Shown here piece by piece: positions 13,801-28,382 of a DNA stretch of 64,000 nt (its first letter is position 1; the number at the start of each line of letters is the position of its first letter). The DNA comes from Octopus vulgaris (taxonomy: Eukaryota), in contig OX597824.1 in the NCBI GenBank assembly GCA_951406725.2, positions 56,296,001 to 56,360,000 of the forward strand. Direction: 5' to 3'. The notes below the pieces were generated by a model, which was not told the origin of the DNA, made no database searches, and saw only the letters and a list, made by a program, of their open reading frames with translations. The position numbers and the translations under genes were made by a program.

Positions 13801-13899
13801 AAAGCAATCAAATAAACAAATCACCAAAACAATTAAAACCATCCACTCTCGCCTCAACATTTTTGCTTAATGCCCAAGGCATCAGCCCTTCCACCAATA

Positions 13900-15146
13900 C
13901 ACAAAAATGGATTCCGTAATGGGAGAGATTGCCTGACGCCGCTACTGCATCATTTTGATGACATTTTGAGAGCCTTGGGAGAAGGTTCCAACGCTGATGT
14001 CATCTACCTTGATTTCAGCAAGGCCTTTGACAGGGTTGATCATAAGATCCTTCTGAGAAAGCTGTCCAATATTGGTGTCACTAGAAAGCTGCTGCAGTGG
14101 ATCAAGTGCTTCCTGTCTAACAGAACCCAACATGTTGTAGTCGAAGGAGTCAAATCCAGCCCAGCCAAAGTCAGCAGTGGTGTCCCACAAGGCACTGTGT
14201 TGGGCCCACTTCTCTTCATCATCTACATAAATGATATTACTGACACCATCAAACACAGAAACATCAGAACCTTCGCTGATGATTCCAAGCTCCAGAAGGT
14301 CATCAATGGCGTGGATGACCGAATAAGCCTTCAGTCAGACCTACTGGCTGTTGTCCAATGGGCGGAAAAGAATAACATGTTGCTAAATGAAGACAAATTC
14401 GAACTGATCCACTTTGGAAGGGAGGACGCTCTGAAACTCCCATACTCTCTTCCTTCTGGAGAAATTCTCATGGCATCCAACAACATCAGAGACTTGGGAG
14501 TAACAGTGGACAACAACATCAGCTGGGCTACACATATAAGCAGCAAAGTTGACATGACCCGCAGAATGTGTTCCTGGATTCTCAGAACCTTCCAGTCGAG
14601 AGATTCCCACACTATTATCCTTCTTTTCTCCACTTTTGCCCGACCCCACCTTGAATACTGCTGTCCACTGTGGTCTCCCTACACAAAACAAAATATTATG
14701 AGAATTGAAGCTCCCCAAAAAAGATAGATGGCATGTCAGACCTTGACTACTGGGGTAGACTAGAGAAGCTGAAACTGTATTCACTCCAACGACACCGTGA
14801 ACGCTACATTATCTGTATGATGTGGAAAATATTCCATCAGCACTGTCCGAATGATGTTGGCATCACCTTCAAAATACATCCAAGGCTTGGACCACGTGCC
14901 ATCCGTCCACAACAAAAATCTAAATCGCATCGCATAACGACAATACGGCACAACTATTTCACCTCAATTGGACCCGCTCTCTTCAACATTACACCAGGAC
15001 ACGTCAAAAAAGAAACTGACCACACAAAGTTCAAGAAGTCTTTGGACAAATTCCCTCAAACAGTCTCGGACAAACCACCCACACCCGGATATGTCTCCGC
15101 AAACAATAACTCTCTGCTCGAATGGGCCTTGGTGCCCAAATCCTGA
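13900..15146 (+). pseudogene. LINE reverse transcriptase, C-terminal part (frameshift near 14727)
   Basis: GFRNGRDC, DVIYLDFSKAFDRVDH, GVPQG, FADD, RDLGV, LEYCCPLWSP. Confidence 0.9.
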
Positions 15147-15268
15147 ATTGAAAGACTTCGCCAGGTGGTGCTATTAAGTTAGACATGGCCTGGGCCAATA
15201 CTGGCCAAAACCTTTCTAAGTTATTCTAAGTTATATATACATGTATATATATATATACATCCACATAT

Positions 15269-15300
<32 letters not shown>

Positions 15301-18300
15301 ACATCTGTATGGTATACATCTATATATATATATATGTGTATATATATATATATACATTTAAATTTAAATTTAAAATGATAAGGTTGAAAAATTGAATATT
15401 AATTTGATTAATATGAATTTAAAACCAGTGGTGTGGAGAAGATATGACATTGCTGTGGGCTCGCTCTAGGCAAAAAGTTAAAAATTCTTTTCCCCATGAC
15501 ACTACATGGACCCTAAGGAAGGCATGTGTAAAATTTGAATGAAATTGGTTGTGTAGTTCTCAAGTTTTAGGGATTCACACACACAGACAGACAAACACAC
15601 ATTCTCAGTTTTATATATATAGATAAGCCCGGTTTCACCCGGTCTGTTTGAATGATGTGACTGTGATCGTTTTCGGTTAGGCATAATCTATAACAGCATT
15701 TCTCAACCTTATCATTTTGGGTCCCCTGTTTCAATTGGAGTCTCCAGCTGTATGAAAATTTCTCACCCACCCCAACCCCCGTCAAAAAACAGCTTCAAGA
15801 GTTGTGAAGAAAGAATTTGTATATAGTCTGTTTCTGAGAACTATGGTATTGGACCTCTGTCCAATCATTAAAACATTTATTTAATTATGAACATAGAAGA
15901 AATTACACATTAATCCCTATTTTGTAAGCAGTTGTATCCATAAAAATTTTATTTGCAGATGGCATTAATTGAAAGAAGATATGTGAAATGGATGTGTGTG
16001 GCGTGCGTGCTTGCGCATGTGTATGTAAGAGAGAAAGCGGGTGAGAAAGAGAGATAGAGTGAGTGAAGTGAAAATATCTTCGCAGAAAACAGCTTCAGGA
16101 GGTTTGAAGAAAGAATTTGTACGTAGTCTGTTGCTGGTCTAATCACGTCTTTTAAGGTATACACACATACATAGACAATGTGAAGTCATAGTAGAAAATT
16201 TTTACGATAGATATTGTTTTAATTCTTGTTTTGTCTAATGTAGAAGTTGGCGTTCCGTGTGTGTGTATGTGTATGTGTGAGTGCTTTGTGTTTGCTATTT
16301 TATCAGATTCATAGATATTGTTTTAATTGTTTTTTGTCTAATGTAGAAGTTGTCGTTCGGTGTTTGAGTGTGTGTGTGTGTATGTGTGTGTGCATGTGTA
16401 TGTGTGTGTATATGTGTGTGTCTCGCATGCCCCATCAAACACACACACACTCACTCTCTCACACACACACACTCTCTCTCACAGACACACACGTACGCAC
16501 GCACATCAAATCTTCCGATAAAGATCAAAAGATCCCATTTTCCGCCAACCCCATATGTAAAGATATATATGTATACACATATATATATTTATATACACAC
16601 ATATATATATAAATTAACACAATATATATCTGATTAATAATATCTGTTATGATTGTGCGATGGTGGTGGGCGATAATATGTCAGCGTTCTCAAAGAGGGG
16701 AATATTTAAACTGTTGCTACTGTCACGCTTTCTCTGTATACATACAGAAGTACAGTGAAAAAGGTGGTGGGAGAGTGACAGAGAGACAGCGAAGCTATGA
16801 AATGGCGTTATAGAGAGAAAGTGCAGACAGGCGTAAAGAGAGGGAGAGAGAGGGGATGGGAGAGTAATGAGTGACCGCGATGGCGAAAGCGGCAAGGGAA
16901 AGATAGTGGAAACTACAAACGCCGTTATAGAGAGAAAATGAAGGGAACGTAGGAAAGTGATGGACGGAAGACGAAAGGGTGATAACCATTAGAGAGAAAC
17001 AACAAACACTTGTCAATTTTCACTCTCTTTGTCATAGCAACCACATCTTTATAGCTTGCAAATTTTAACCATCGCAGGTCGGAAGCTCAGCACGCATTTA
17101 GTATCCCTGCCAATTTTCAGCTCAATCCTAGCACATCTAGTGCCATTGAATCCTTACCAAGCCAAAGTGTGCAAGTTTTTTTCCTCTTTTATATAGGTTG
17201 ACTAGCAGTATCGCCCGGCATTGCTCGGGTTTGTTTCGACCCTTTAGAATTGGAAATTTTGAAAATTAAAAATTTTGCATTGTAAATTTGAATGAAATTG
17301 GTTGTGTAGTTCTCAAGTTTTAGGGATTCACGCAGACAGACAGATATAGCAGAAAACACATGCCAAGTTACCACGCAGTGGGACTGAACTCAGGACCATG
17401 GGTTTTGGAACCAAGTTTGTTCCCACACAGTAACACCTGCACTTATGTGTGTGTGTATATGTGTGCATGGGTGTATATATGTATGCATGTATATATGTGT
17501 ATATATATGTGTAGATATTACATGTACATCTATATATATATGTATATACATCTACACATACATGTATACATCTATATCTATAGAAATACATCTATACATA
17601 TACATGTGTGTATACATATACATGTGTGTATATATATATATATTTATCCATCTCTATGTATACATCTCTCAATATATATAGTTAGTGTTAGTTGAAGGCT
17701 AAAAACCTGGCACACACAGACAACTTCAGCTTTATATATCTAGATTAAGAGCACTTCCCGTTCGATTTTTGAGGCGATTCTGTCTGCAAAATATTCTCTC
17801 ATTTTGAGCTATTTTTTTTACCCCATTTTCAACTGAGAACTCCTTAAAAAGGCACAATCAAAACTGCTAGAATTTACATTTTTCAAGCTAGAGAATTCAA
17901 ACTTGCTCCAATCGATTCAGGAAATTTTTCTATGTATATGCTCATATTTTGTTTTTCGAAAAACTCAAAAATTGAACGTGTTTTTGCCCCATTTTTCCGT
18001 TGCATTCGCGCAAACACGCGCACAGTCACACATAGAATCCCACATGTTGCATGAACACAACTCAAGGCAATAATGTATGACATCCACTCACTTGCAGACA
18101 ATGCATTGTTTCGGGCCTTTGTTATCGAGATAGAGACTTGAAACCTACTCTGGCCGTAACTACACCACGCCTTCTGTAGGTGTGTAAATTTTCAGTTCGA
18201 TCCTAGCACATCTAGTGCCATTGAATCCTTTGCAATTTTTGAAAAGTAAAAGTTTTGCATTATGTAGCTTGTTATTCTCTTTAAGTGAACATTTTTCTGG

Positions 18301-20539
18301 TTGAAATACACCGAAAAATGGCGACACAGCAGTAAAAAAATCGTAAAAAATAGGGATTTTCATAAAAAAAAAAGCACCTTTTTGATGTAAATAATTTTTG
18401 GTGTTAACATGGTCCGATTTGAATTTTTTCTTCTACAGAAGGAAGAGCAAGCCTTCTATCATACTCTCAATTTTGGTCAACTTGCGCCGCAGGGTCTCGG
18501 AGGAGATAGTGTTCGTTGAAGGCTCCCAAACCTGCCATACACAGACAACTTCAGCTTTATATATTTGAATAGATGTACATGTAATATCTACACATATATA
18601 TACACATATATACATGCATACATATATACACCCATGCACACATACACACACCCACCCACACACATACATAAGTGCAGGTTCCAAAACACATCGTCCTCAG
18701 TTCAGTCCCACTGTGTGGTAAGTTGGCATGTTTTTTTTCTGCTATCTGTACGTGCGTGTGTATGTGTGTGAGAGTGAGAGTGTGCGAGAGAGTGTGTGTG
18801 TGTACTACTCGTAACCCATTGGGTCACTGGCAAAGTTTGAGATTCCCAGCAGCAGAGTTTTGTTTCGTGGGGTTTTTTTCTTCTCTTTCCAGATTATTTT
18901 GCATGCTTTCAACGAATGTGTCTTCGAAACCACGAGTAAGCAGCTCCTTTCTCCAGAAAAGGAAAGATTTAGCTGCTATTTCTTGCACGCCCTGCTACCA
19001 CATAACAGGCATTTCAGGTCGTTTATCGCAAATAGCGGTTATGTGGTAGCGGGGCGTGCTAGAAATAGTAGCCTATTATTTGGAAGTGAGATACATTGAA
19101 TGCACTTGGAAAAAAATTATTTCACACAGAGGTTACGAACAGGTCTTTTATGAAATATTTATGCTAAAAAGAATTTTTGAAATGGTATTCATTGAAAATA
19201 ATTTTTAAAAACCATTGAAATATTGTCTGTTTAAAGAAAATTAAAATATAAATACTTATTGTACAAAGAACTTACATTTTTGAAATCACATTCACTTAGA
19301 AATATTACTAAATGATTAGTCACTGGACCATGTGTGATTGTTTACATAAGATCGTCACTTTCTGTAAAAATTTTAATTTTCTTATATATGTGGGTTGGGG
19401 AAAGGGTATCATAAAAGCCAGACAGATAGAGCGCGAAGTTATTTTGAAGTTGGCGTTCCTGTTGTGTGTGTGTGTCTCGCACACCCCATCAAACACACAC
19501 ACACACACTCTCTCGCACACTCTCACTCTCACACACATACACACGCACGTACATCAAATCTGATTGAGGCCAACATGAAAAGATCCCATTTTCCTCCCAA
19601 CCCCATATGTAAGGATATATATGTATACACATTATATATATATTTATATACACACACATATATATATAAATTAACGCAATATATATCTGATTAATAATAT
19701 CTGTTATGATTGTGCGATGGTGGTGGGCGATAATATGTCAGTGTTCTAAAAGAAAGGAATATTTAAACTGTTGCTACAGTCACGCTTTCTCTGTATACAT
19801 AGAGGCAGAAGTACAGTGAGAAAGGTGGTGGAAGAAAGAGTGTCAGGGAGATGGCGAAGCTGTGAAACGTTGTTATAGAGAGAAATTGAGGGGAAGGGAG
19901 GAAAGAGAGAGAGGGAAGAAGAAAGGGTGATAACCATTAGAGAGAAACAACAAACACTTGTCAATTTTCACTCTCTTTGTCATAGCAACCACATCTTTAT
20001 AGCTTGCAAATTTTAACCATCACAGGTCGGATCATCACCACACATTTAGTACCCTGCCATTTGCAGCTCGATCCTAGCACGTCTAGTGCCATTGAATCCT
20101 TACCAAAACAAAGTATCAAGTTTTTTCCTTTTTATATAGGTAGACTAGCAGTATCGCCCAGCGTTGCTCGGGTTTGTTTCGACCCTTTAGAATTGGAATT
20201 TTTGAAAATTAAAAATTTTGCATTGTAAATTTGAATGAAATTGGTTGTGTAGTTCTCACGTTTTAAGGATTCACACAGTCAGACAGACAGATAGCAGAAA
20301 AAAAACATGCCAACTTACCACACAGTGGGACTGAACTGAGGACGATGTGTTTTGGAACCTGCACTTATGTATGTGTGTGGGTGGGTGTGTGTATGTGTGC
20401 ATGGGTGTATATATGTATGCATGTATATATGTGTATATATATGTGTAGATATTACATGTACATCTATATATATATATACATCTACACATACATGTATACA
20501 TATAGAGCTATACATATACATCTATATATATGTGCATGT

Positions 20540-20628
<89 letters not shown>

Positions 20629-20877
20629 CACATCCATATATATTCATCCATATGATACATCTATCTATCTATATATATATATATATATATATACATGTAA
20701 ATTTAAATTAAAAGTAATAAGGGTGAAAAATTGAATATTAATTTGATTAATATGAATTTAAAACCACTGGTGTAGCATATAAGATCACAGAGGATCTTCT
20801 TCTAGCATGGACCCTATATATATATTATTGGTGAATTGAAGAAATGGAGCTGAACGAAGATTGAACAGAAATCGTTT

Positions 20878-20970
20878 TATTTCATTCTACACGTGTTTCG
20901 AAAGGCACAATTTACCAAAATCCGATTGAATAATGAGACCATAGTGTGTCTTTCTCTTCAGGAAGAAATA
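20878..20970 (-). ncRNA. Type I hammerhead ribozyme
   Basis: Minus strand: tatttcttc CTGAAGA gaaagacaca...tgtgcctttc GAAA c acgt GTA gaatgaaata. Stems I, II and III all form. Confidence 0.8.
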
Positions 20971-21591
20971 GGAAATCCGTTGGAAAAAACAAAAACGGAA
21001 CAGAGGCGGAGCAAAACAAATCGAACTAGGCTCCTAAGAGCCCATGGCAAAACTGTTTATCAGTGTATGTTGAGAACCGGTGGCTTAAGAATTTAACGGG
21101 TCAGGCAGCGGTCATTCATGTGGGTGAGGGTGTGTAGATGTTCTTTGTGACCGAGAATAAAGTTCTGACTATTTAAGGAATATTGGATGTTTTATAAGGG
21201 GCGAGAAAAAAATCTACTTAGAGACATGTGTGTGTATACTGTTCTATATATGTGTGTGTTGGCGTAGGTTGGCAAGACCTCCGTCAAGGGGTAGAAAACA
21301 TTTTTTGTGTACGTGTGTGCGTTTGATCGCTCGGCTGTCAGTGGTTAAGCCGCTCTACACAATGGCTACTGCAGTAAGAACCGTTGGGTGGCAGAAAAAA
21401 ATATATTATGTTTTATGTGTGTGTGTGTTCGTCTGAACCTGCCTTGTCAAGGTAACCCCCCGTTGTCAAAAAACCAAGCCCCGTTTATCTTACAGGAGTA
21501 ATTCCCCTTGCAGTGGTTAATCGTAATTATCTTAAAGGCTATTTCAGAATTTGTTACCAAGGGCTATGGGTGCAGGTATTATTTATAAACG

Positions 21592-22350
21592 CTATTTAAA
21601 AGCCAGATAAGTGTAACGCCGCCAATGGGGGCATCGAAAAGCCGACTGTAAAAGTCCGTTTACCATCCGGCCTCTGGCAAACAAAATATGGAAGAGTTCG
21701 GAGACACAAAGGTTGCACTGCCTTCTGCCCCTATCAAATTGGAGGGCCACCGACAAAATTGACCATTCCAGCCTGTAGCTTGAGTTCGTATCCTTCAATC
21801 GCCATATTAGCTTGCTGAGTCCCGTGGTCTGGCGCTTGTTCATGTCCCGAAAAGTTGCGTAATGGTTGGAGACTCGCAAAGCCAATCTTGACGATGAGGC
21901 CCCTACATAAGTGTAGACATCTGAGTCCGTGTAAACCTTGCATTGGTAGACGGCGTTTTTGATCTTGGAGTTCGCCGACGTGAATCTTATTCTGCTAGGA
22001 TTAGTTTCTGAAATTAGAACTGCGTTCCTGTCACTATATTCGTTCCGAGAACTGCAGCCGCTTACTACTCTATTTTCCACTACGTCACTATTAACTATAG
22101 GAATAACCCCTGATTCTCCACTATCTATCAGAGTGCTGTCATTGCTAGTGCCCGTGGTGCTGCTATTGCGGGAAATGATGCTGGGGTTGCTATTGGGGCT
22201 CTCTACCCTACTCCCATTGTTACCGTCAACCACAACACCCCTATTTATAACTATACCCCTAGTGGGTACTCCTTGGCTGGAGCTGAGATTATGTGTCACT
22301 GTACTGGCTCTCATATCATTATTACTACTATAATTATTCCTACTGAGCAT
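21592..22350 (-). CDS. Penelope GIY-YIG endonuclease region (partial, N/S-rich insert)
   Basis: GIY-YIG-like motifs AVY..YVG, R..NH and C-x2-C..E. Confidence 0.7.
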   Translation of the reverse strand: MLSRNNYSSNNDMRASTVTHNLSSSQGVPTRGIVINRGVVVDGNNGSRVESPNSNPSIISRNSSTTGTSNDSTLIDSGESGVIPIVNSDVVENRVVSGCSSRNEYSDRNAVLISETNPSRIRFTSANSKIKNAVYQCKVYTDSDVYTYVGASSSRLALRVSNHYATFRDMNKRQTTGLSKLIWRLKDTNSSYRLEWSILSVALQFDRGRRQCNLCVSELFHILFARGRMVNGLLQSAFRCPHWRRYTYLAFK

Positions 22351-22581
22351 TAAACCGGGAGCAGAAGAGGCTGTGCCTCCGGAAAAAGGTGATAGGGTCT
22401 TAGTAAGTAGCCTATTATTATGGGAGGCGATTATCTGGGCGAGGTTTTTAGTGTTGGAGAAAGCTATCCTAACTTTATGCGAGTTAACCGTGGAGTAATA
22501 TTTGGAATTTCTGGGGAAGTTATCGGTATCGATTAAACTTTTGATTAATCTGCTACAAGATTATTCATCTTTCTATTTCAC

Positions 22582-22622
<41 letters not shown>

Positions 22623-22673
22623 CTACACATACATATACATCTATATCTATAGAAATACATCTATATATATATA

Positions 22674-23031
22674 CTAGCAGTATCGCCCGGCGTTGCTTGG
22701 GTTTGTTTCAACCCGCTGGAATTGTAATTTTGATAAGTAAAAATTTTGTGAACATTTTTCTGGTCGAAATACACCGAAAAGTGGCAACACAGCAGTGAAA
22801 AAATCGTAAAAAATAGGGATTTTCATAGAAAAAAGCAGCTTTTTGATGTAAATAATTTTTGGTGTTAACATGGTCCGATTTGAATTTTATGTTCTACGGA
22901 AGGAAGAGCAACCCTTCTTCTATCATACTCTCAATTTTGGTCAACTTGCGCCGCAGGGTCTCGGAGGAGATAGTGTTAGTTGAAGGTTACCAAACGTGGT
23001 GCACACAGACAACTTCAGCTTTATATAGAGA
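22674..23031 (-). mobile_element. Complete short non-autonomous Helitron
   Basis: Minus strand A|TCTCTATATAAAG ... CCCAAGCAACGCCGGGCGATACTGCTAG|T (AT target, no TSD). Confidence 0.7.
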
Positions 23032-23950
23032 TAGAGATAACACACACACATTAATACACATACATAGACACACACACACATGTATGTATGGATGTATATA
23101 TGTACATCTGTCTACTTCTTGCAATATTTTTATCCTTCACTTCCTACACACACACACACACACACCTTATTAGCTTACAATTTCTTTCTGTCAACAATTG
23201 ACAACAGAAGTACGCTCGCCAATTAATACTACCAAAATTTAATGACAGAAAGTAAATTAAAAACCAATTTACCTTTTCTGTATTGTTATGGCAATTCGAC
23301 CATCGGTGTGTTTTTGCAAATGTGTTCGAATGAGAAGTGAGTTGTGTTTGGTGCCTTTTTTACTAATAACAAACACACACGTGTTTGTATGTAGTTGTTT
23401 GAAACGTTTGTGTTTGTCACTGTCATATATGTATGTGTATGCGTGTGTGTGAGGAATGGCAAACCAGATAGATAGCGCGCAAAGTTCTTTTGAAGTTCGC
23501 GCTCCGCTTGTGTGTGTGTGTGTGCGTGCTTTAGGTGTACGTAGGTATGTGTACTCTCTCTGTCTCTTTACACACACTAACAAAAGCACTTCACTTACAC
23601 ACCACACTTTCTGTGTCGCACATCCCATCAAACACACACACACACACTCACGCACGCACACATGTACATCAGTGCTTTCGGAGTGAAATGTTAAAATATT
23701 GAGTTTTCTCGAATTTTGTCTTAATTGGGGGTGAAATTGAAAGAAATTTTGTATGGCATGACCGAATGGAAGTACTTTGAAAAATCATAGGTAAACTCTA
23801 ATTGAAGAAATTGTGTGAGGAGTAAATCGTTATGTATTTATTTGGTTCTGTTTGCTGTGTTTTTTTTTTTTTTAGTAGTGGTTTAAGGTACACTTGCAAA
23901 GAGAAAGTGGGAGAAATTAGGGTGATAGCATGAGTGAAGCAGATCGCTCC

Positions 23951-23987
<37 letters not shown>

Positions 23988-26112
23988 AGCCCACAATGTG
24001 AGTTTTCTCTAAATTTTGCTTAATTGGGGTTGAAATTTTAAAAACCGGACCTGGAACGACCCGATGCATTCTACTCTTAAAAATGCTAGGTAAATTGTAA
24101 TTGAAGAAATCCTATATTGTAGATTTCTATAAGAGACAAAGGGAAGCAGATAAAATCTGCCTTTTATAATAAGAGATATACATGTAAATTTAAATTAAAA
24201 ATTATAAGGTTGAACAATTGTATATTAATTTGATTAATATGAATTTAAAACCAGTGGTGTGGAGAAAATGTGATTTTGCTGTGGGCTCGCTCTAGGCAAA
24301 AAGTTAAAAATTCTTTTCCCCATGACACTACATGGACCCTAAGGAAGGCATGTGTAAAATTTGAATGCAATTGGTTGTGTAGTTCTCAAGTCTTAGGGAT
24401 TCACACAGACAGACACATTCTCAGTTTTATATATATATACATAAGCTCGTTTTCATCTGGTCTGTTAGAATTTTGTGACTGTGATTGTTTTCGGTTACGC
24501 ATTATCTATAACAGCATTTCTCAACCTTGTCATTTCGGGTCCCCTGTTTCGATTGGAGCCTCCAGCTGTATGAAAATTTCTCTGCTACCCCACCCCCGTC
24601 AAAAAACAGCTTCAGGAGTTGTGAAGAAATAATTTGTACATAGGTCCAATACAATAGCTCTCAGAAACAGACTATTGTATTTAATTATGAACATAGAAAG
24701 AAATTATACATTAATCCCTAATTTTGTAAGCAGTTGTATCCATAATAATTTTATTTGCAGATGGCATTAATGTGTGTGTGGCGTGTGTGCTTGCGCATGT
24801 GTATGTGAGAGAGAAAGAGGGTGAGAAAGAGAGATAGAGTGAGTGAAGTGAAAATATCTTCGCAGAAAACAGCTTCAGGAGTTGATTTATGGAAAAGATT
24901 ATGTGAAATCTGTGAATGAAAATGAAGTTCAGATGTCTACATGGTAGGTAGACCTGGTAGAAATAGCAGCCAATGGTAAAGTGGAGAAGTATGAAAGAAG
25001 TTATTGTTATACACTTATAGAAAAAAATAGATATGAAAATGTTGGTGAGAGGTATTGTATTGGACATCTGAGTAATGAGAGAGCAGAAATTGAAAGAAGA
25101 TATATGAAATGGACGTGTGTGTGTGTGTGTGTTTTTCTGGCTAATTTGGCGGGATTTTTGCAGTCAGCACGATGTGGTTTGTATATCTCTGGAGGGGTGG
25201 AAAGCGGATCTTTTGAAGTCATGAAAGTGATTGATCTCTTCCGTCCGTGTCAAGCTGCATGCATGTGTGTGTGAGGGAGGAAGAGAGAGAGAGAGCATGT
25301 GTGTGTTTGTGTTTGATGGGGTGTGCGATATGGGCGAGAGAGTTAACTGAAATTTTGTTATTCATTTGTTACAGTGAGAGAAAATGTGAGTGAGTAACAG
25401 AGAAAAGGAGAGAGGAGTTATGTATGTTGGCGGGGAGATTCCATTAGAAAAGTTTGCCAGAGAGAGAGAGGCAGGGGGAAAAGAGCGGCAGAGACACATT
25501 GAATACGGAGAGGGAAAGATAGTGAATAGAAGCTGTTAAAAGCCATTATAGAGATAAAGAGGAGGGAAGGGGAAAAGAGAGAGATGGAAGAAAGGGTGAT
25601 AACCATTAGAGAAGAACAATAAGCACTTGTCAATTTTCCCTCTCTTTGCCATAGCAACCACATCTTTAAAGCTTGCAAATTTTAACTATTGCAGGTAGGA
25701 TCCTCACCACACATTTAGTATCCCTGCCAATTTTCAGCTCGATCCTTGCACATCTAGTGCTAGAATACTTACCAAAGCCAAAGTGTCAAGTTTTTTCCTG
25801 TTTTATATAATTAAATTAAAGATAACCCCTTCTAGCCTCTACAGCAACATGAAAAGCCACCATTATTCAAACAGCGCAACCTGTCTATCCCATAAAACTC
25901 AATTTTTCCCATATTCCTCACCATGGCAACAAAATGGTAGCCCTGAGCGACTTGTAACCCTCCTCACACCATTACCCCCCCCCGTTGTAAATTTTAGCGC
26001 CAATCCGATCTTATCTACCACCCCTTAAACCGTTCCCATCCCAAAATGAGACAAATAACAAAGAAATCAAACAACTTTTTCACATTTCAACTTTATAGAT
26101 ATTGATTATATA

Positions 26113-26914
26113 TAAACTTAGATAAACTTAGATATGTTTCGACCAAAGATTGGTCCAGGCCATGTCTAACTTAATAGCACCACTTGATAGGATTATTCGA
26201 ATCCTGTTTAAGTCAAGTTTTGTTCAAGTAGTGAGTTCTTGTTGGGTGAGTTGTATCTAGTTTTGTTCAAGTAGTGAGTTCTTGTTGGGTGAGTTGTATC
26301 CAATTATGGGTGGCTTATCTGGTATTCTTTGAAGGAATCTATCCAGACTCTGTTTAAAGTTGATGGGATCCTTTTCCTCTTTGATCTCCCTCGGGACAAT
26401 GTTAAATAGGGCAGGGCCTGTTGAGGAAAAGAAATTATGTTGCAGTGTACATGTATGTTGTGATCTTGAATTGGGCAGGAGACGTATTGCCCATGGTCCA
26501 AGTCTTGGATGAACCTTGAAGCTAATGTTTAGGTTGTTTGGGCAAAGTTGGCGGTATATTTTCCACATCGTACAAATGATGTACCGCTCACGGCGACGCT
26601 GGATGGAGTAAAGTTTCAAGGCTTTAAGGCGATCCCAATAATCGAGAGCAGCCATGCCTTCAATTTGTTTAGTGAGTGCCCTCTGGGGTGACTCAATTCT
26701 GGAGATGTTTTGTCTTGTGTGAGGAGACCACAGTGGGCAGCAGTATTCAAGGTGTGGCTGTACAAAGGAGGAAAAAAGTGGTATGATGACACCTTGTTCT
26801 CTGGACCGGAAAGTTCTTAAGATCCAGGAACTCATCCTACGAGCTATATCGACCTTCTTGTTGATGTGTGCACTCCAACTGAGATCGTCATCAACAATTA
26901 CACCCAGGTCTCTG
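26113..26914 (-). mobile_element. 5'-truncated LINE (RT C-terminus plus tail), same group as 12017-15232
   Basis: IRDLGVIVD...LEYCCPLWSP...FPR-like C-terminus ending NSLLE. Shared tail GGTGCTATTAAGTTAGACATGGCC. ~43-bp tandem duplication at ~26216-26300. Confidence 0.85.
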
Positions 26915-26923
26915 ATATATATG

Positions 26924-26954
<31 letters not shown>

Positions 26955-27955
26955 GTATAGACATACACACATATACATATGTATACACATTATATATTGG
27001 TAAAAATGGTAAGATAACAAAAGAAAGAAAGAGACCTCAATATTATGTGTGTGTATGAGTTTGTATATATATGCATGTATATTTGGCGAAAAATGCAAGT
27101 GAAGATGTGTACGTTTTCACAGTGATGGATACGTACGCATGTGGGTGCGCAAGCGCACGTGTGCGTATGAGCAGGCATGCTTATGTGTTTACTATGAACT
27201 TTTAACCTTATTTTAATTAGAGGTCATTGAATTAGCGCTTTTATATAAATAGCGGACTTATAACACAGTAATTTCCCTTTGTATAACGGTCTTTTTTCAT
27301 AGCATTTTTCAGATGGCCAGATAACCAAAGAGGTGGCGCTATGGATTTCCACCTCGGCATCTGAAACTCAGAGTTTTATCTTGGCTACCGAATAATTGTC
27401 ACATATTATTTTACAGATATACACATTATATATATATATTTATATACACATATATATTTATAAATTAACACAATATATCTGATTAATAATATCTGTTATA
27501 ATTATGTTGTGGTGGTGGGCAATAATAATTCACCATTCTAAAAGACCTGTGGCGGGAATATTTAAACTTATGCGGCTGTCAACGCTTTCTCTCTATAGAT
27601 ACAGACAGTCGTACTGTGAGAGAAGTGGTAGGAGAAAGAGTGACAGAGAGATGGCGAAGGCAGAGAGGGAATGAGAGTGGAAGGTGTGAAAAGTTGTTAT
27701 AGAGAGAATGTGGAGGGAAGGAAGGAAAGAGAGATCGAGGGAGACAGGGTGATATCCGAAAAAGAGAAATGACAAACACTTGTCAAAGTGTGGGTTTTGT
27801 TGCTCTAGTAACCACAGCCTTTGAGATAGGGGTTTCTAACCTTATCCAGTCGCTTCCTTGCCTCTTTTTACATGTCCCTGTAAATTTTGGTGCCAATCCG
27901 ACCCAAAAATGAGACAAACAAATTTTTTGCATTTCAGCTTTATAGATATTGATAT

Positions 27956-28050
<95 letters not shown>

Positions 28051-28382
28051 AAATGAGATAGGGGTTGAAAATTCAACCCACCATGGGATAACATATATCC
28101 AATATACTGCTAGAGAGGTACCCAACAAGACTAATACATAAATGTTAAAAATTGCCATGCAATTGATTCATCTACTGTATTATGTGGGCAAGGGTAAAAA
28201 TATTACCGTAAATTAATAATACAAAATTAGAAACTGGAGAAACATACTTAAATCAATCAAGCATCAACCATCAGATAATACCCAATCAATACACCATTAC
28301 ATAACAGTAAAGACATTATACAAAATATATTGTAAATATAATTAGACAAGGAAATAGAAATATAAAATACAATTACATCATA

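Larger units (their letters stand above)
12017..15232 (+). mobile_element. Internally deleted CR1/L2-group LINE (5'UTR, ORF1, RT C-terminal half, 3' tail) in TA repeat
   Basis: RT motifs [20 protein letters not shown] and FADD. 3' end GGTGGTGCTATTAAGTTAGACATGGCC followed by a (TTCTAAG) tail. The endonuclease region is absent. Confidence 0.85.
20820..22570 (-). mobile_element. 5'-truncated Penelope-like element with GIY-YIG endonuclease and hammerhead-containing terminal repeat
   Basis: ORF 21592-22350 ends in AVYQCKV...YVGAS...NHYATF...CNLCVSE (GIY-YIG). Upstream in-frame KVRIAFSNTKNLAQII resembles the RT C-terminal linker. TA repeats on both flanks. Confidence 0.8.
11573..28000 (-). repeat. 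Cluster of modular non-autonomous Helitron-like repeats (3' ends at 11573, 17202, 20145, 22674) with captured SINE fragments
   Basis: Recurrent CTAGCAGTATCGCCCGGCGTTGCTCGGG (minus-strand hairpin plus CTAG). Shared modules at ~11030-11500, 16620-17190, 19670-20140 and 27460-27950. Confidence 0.6.
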
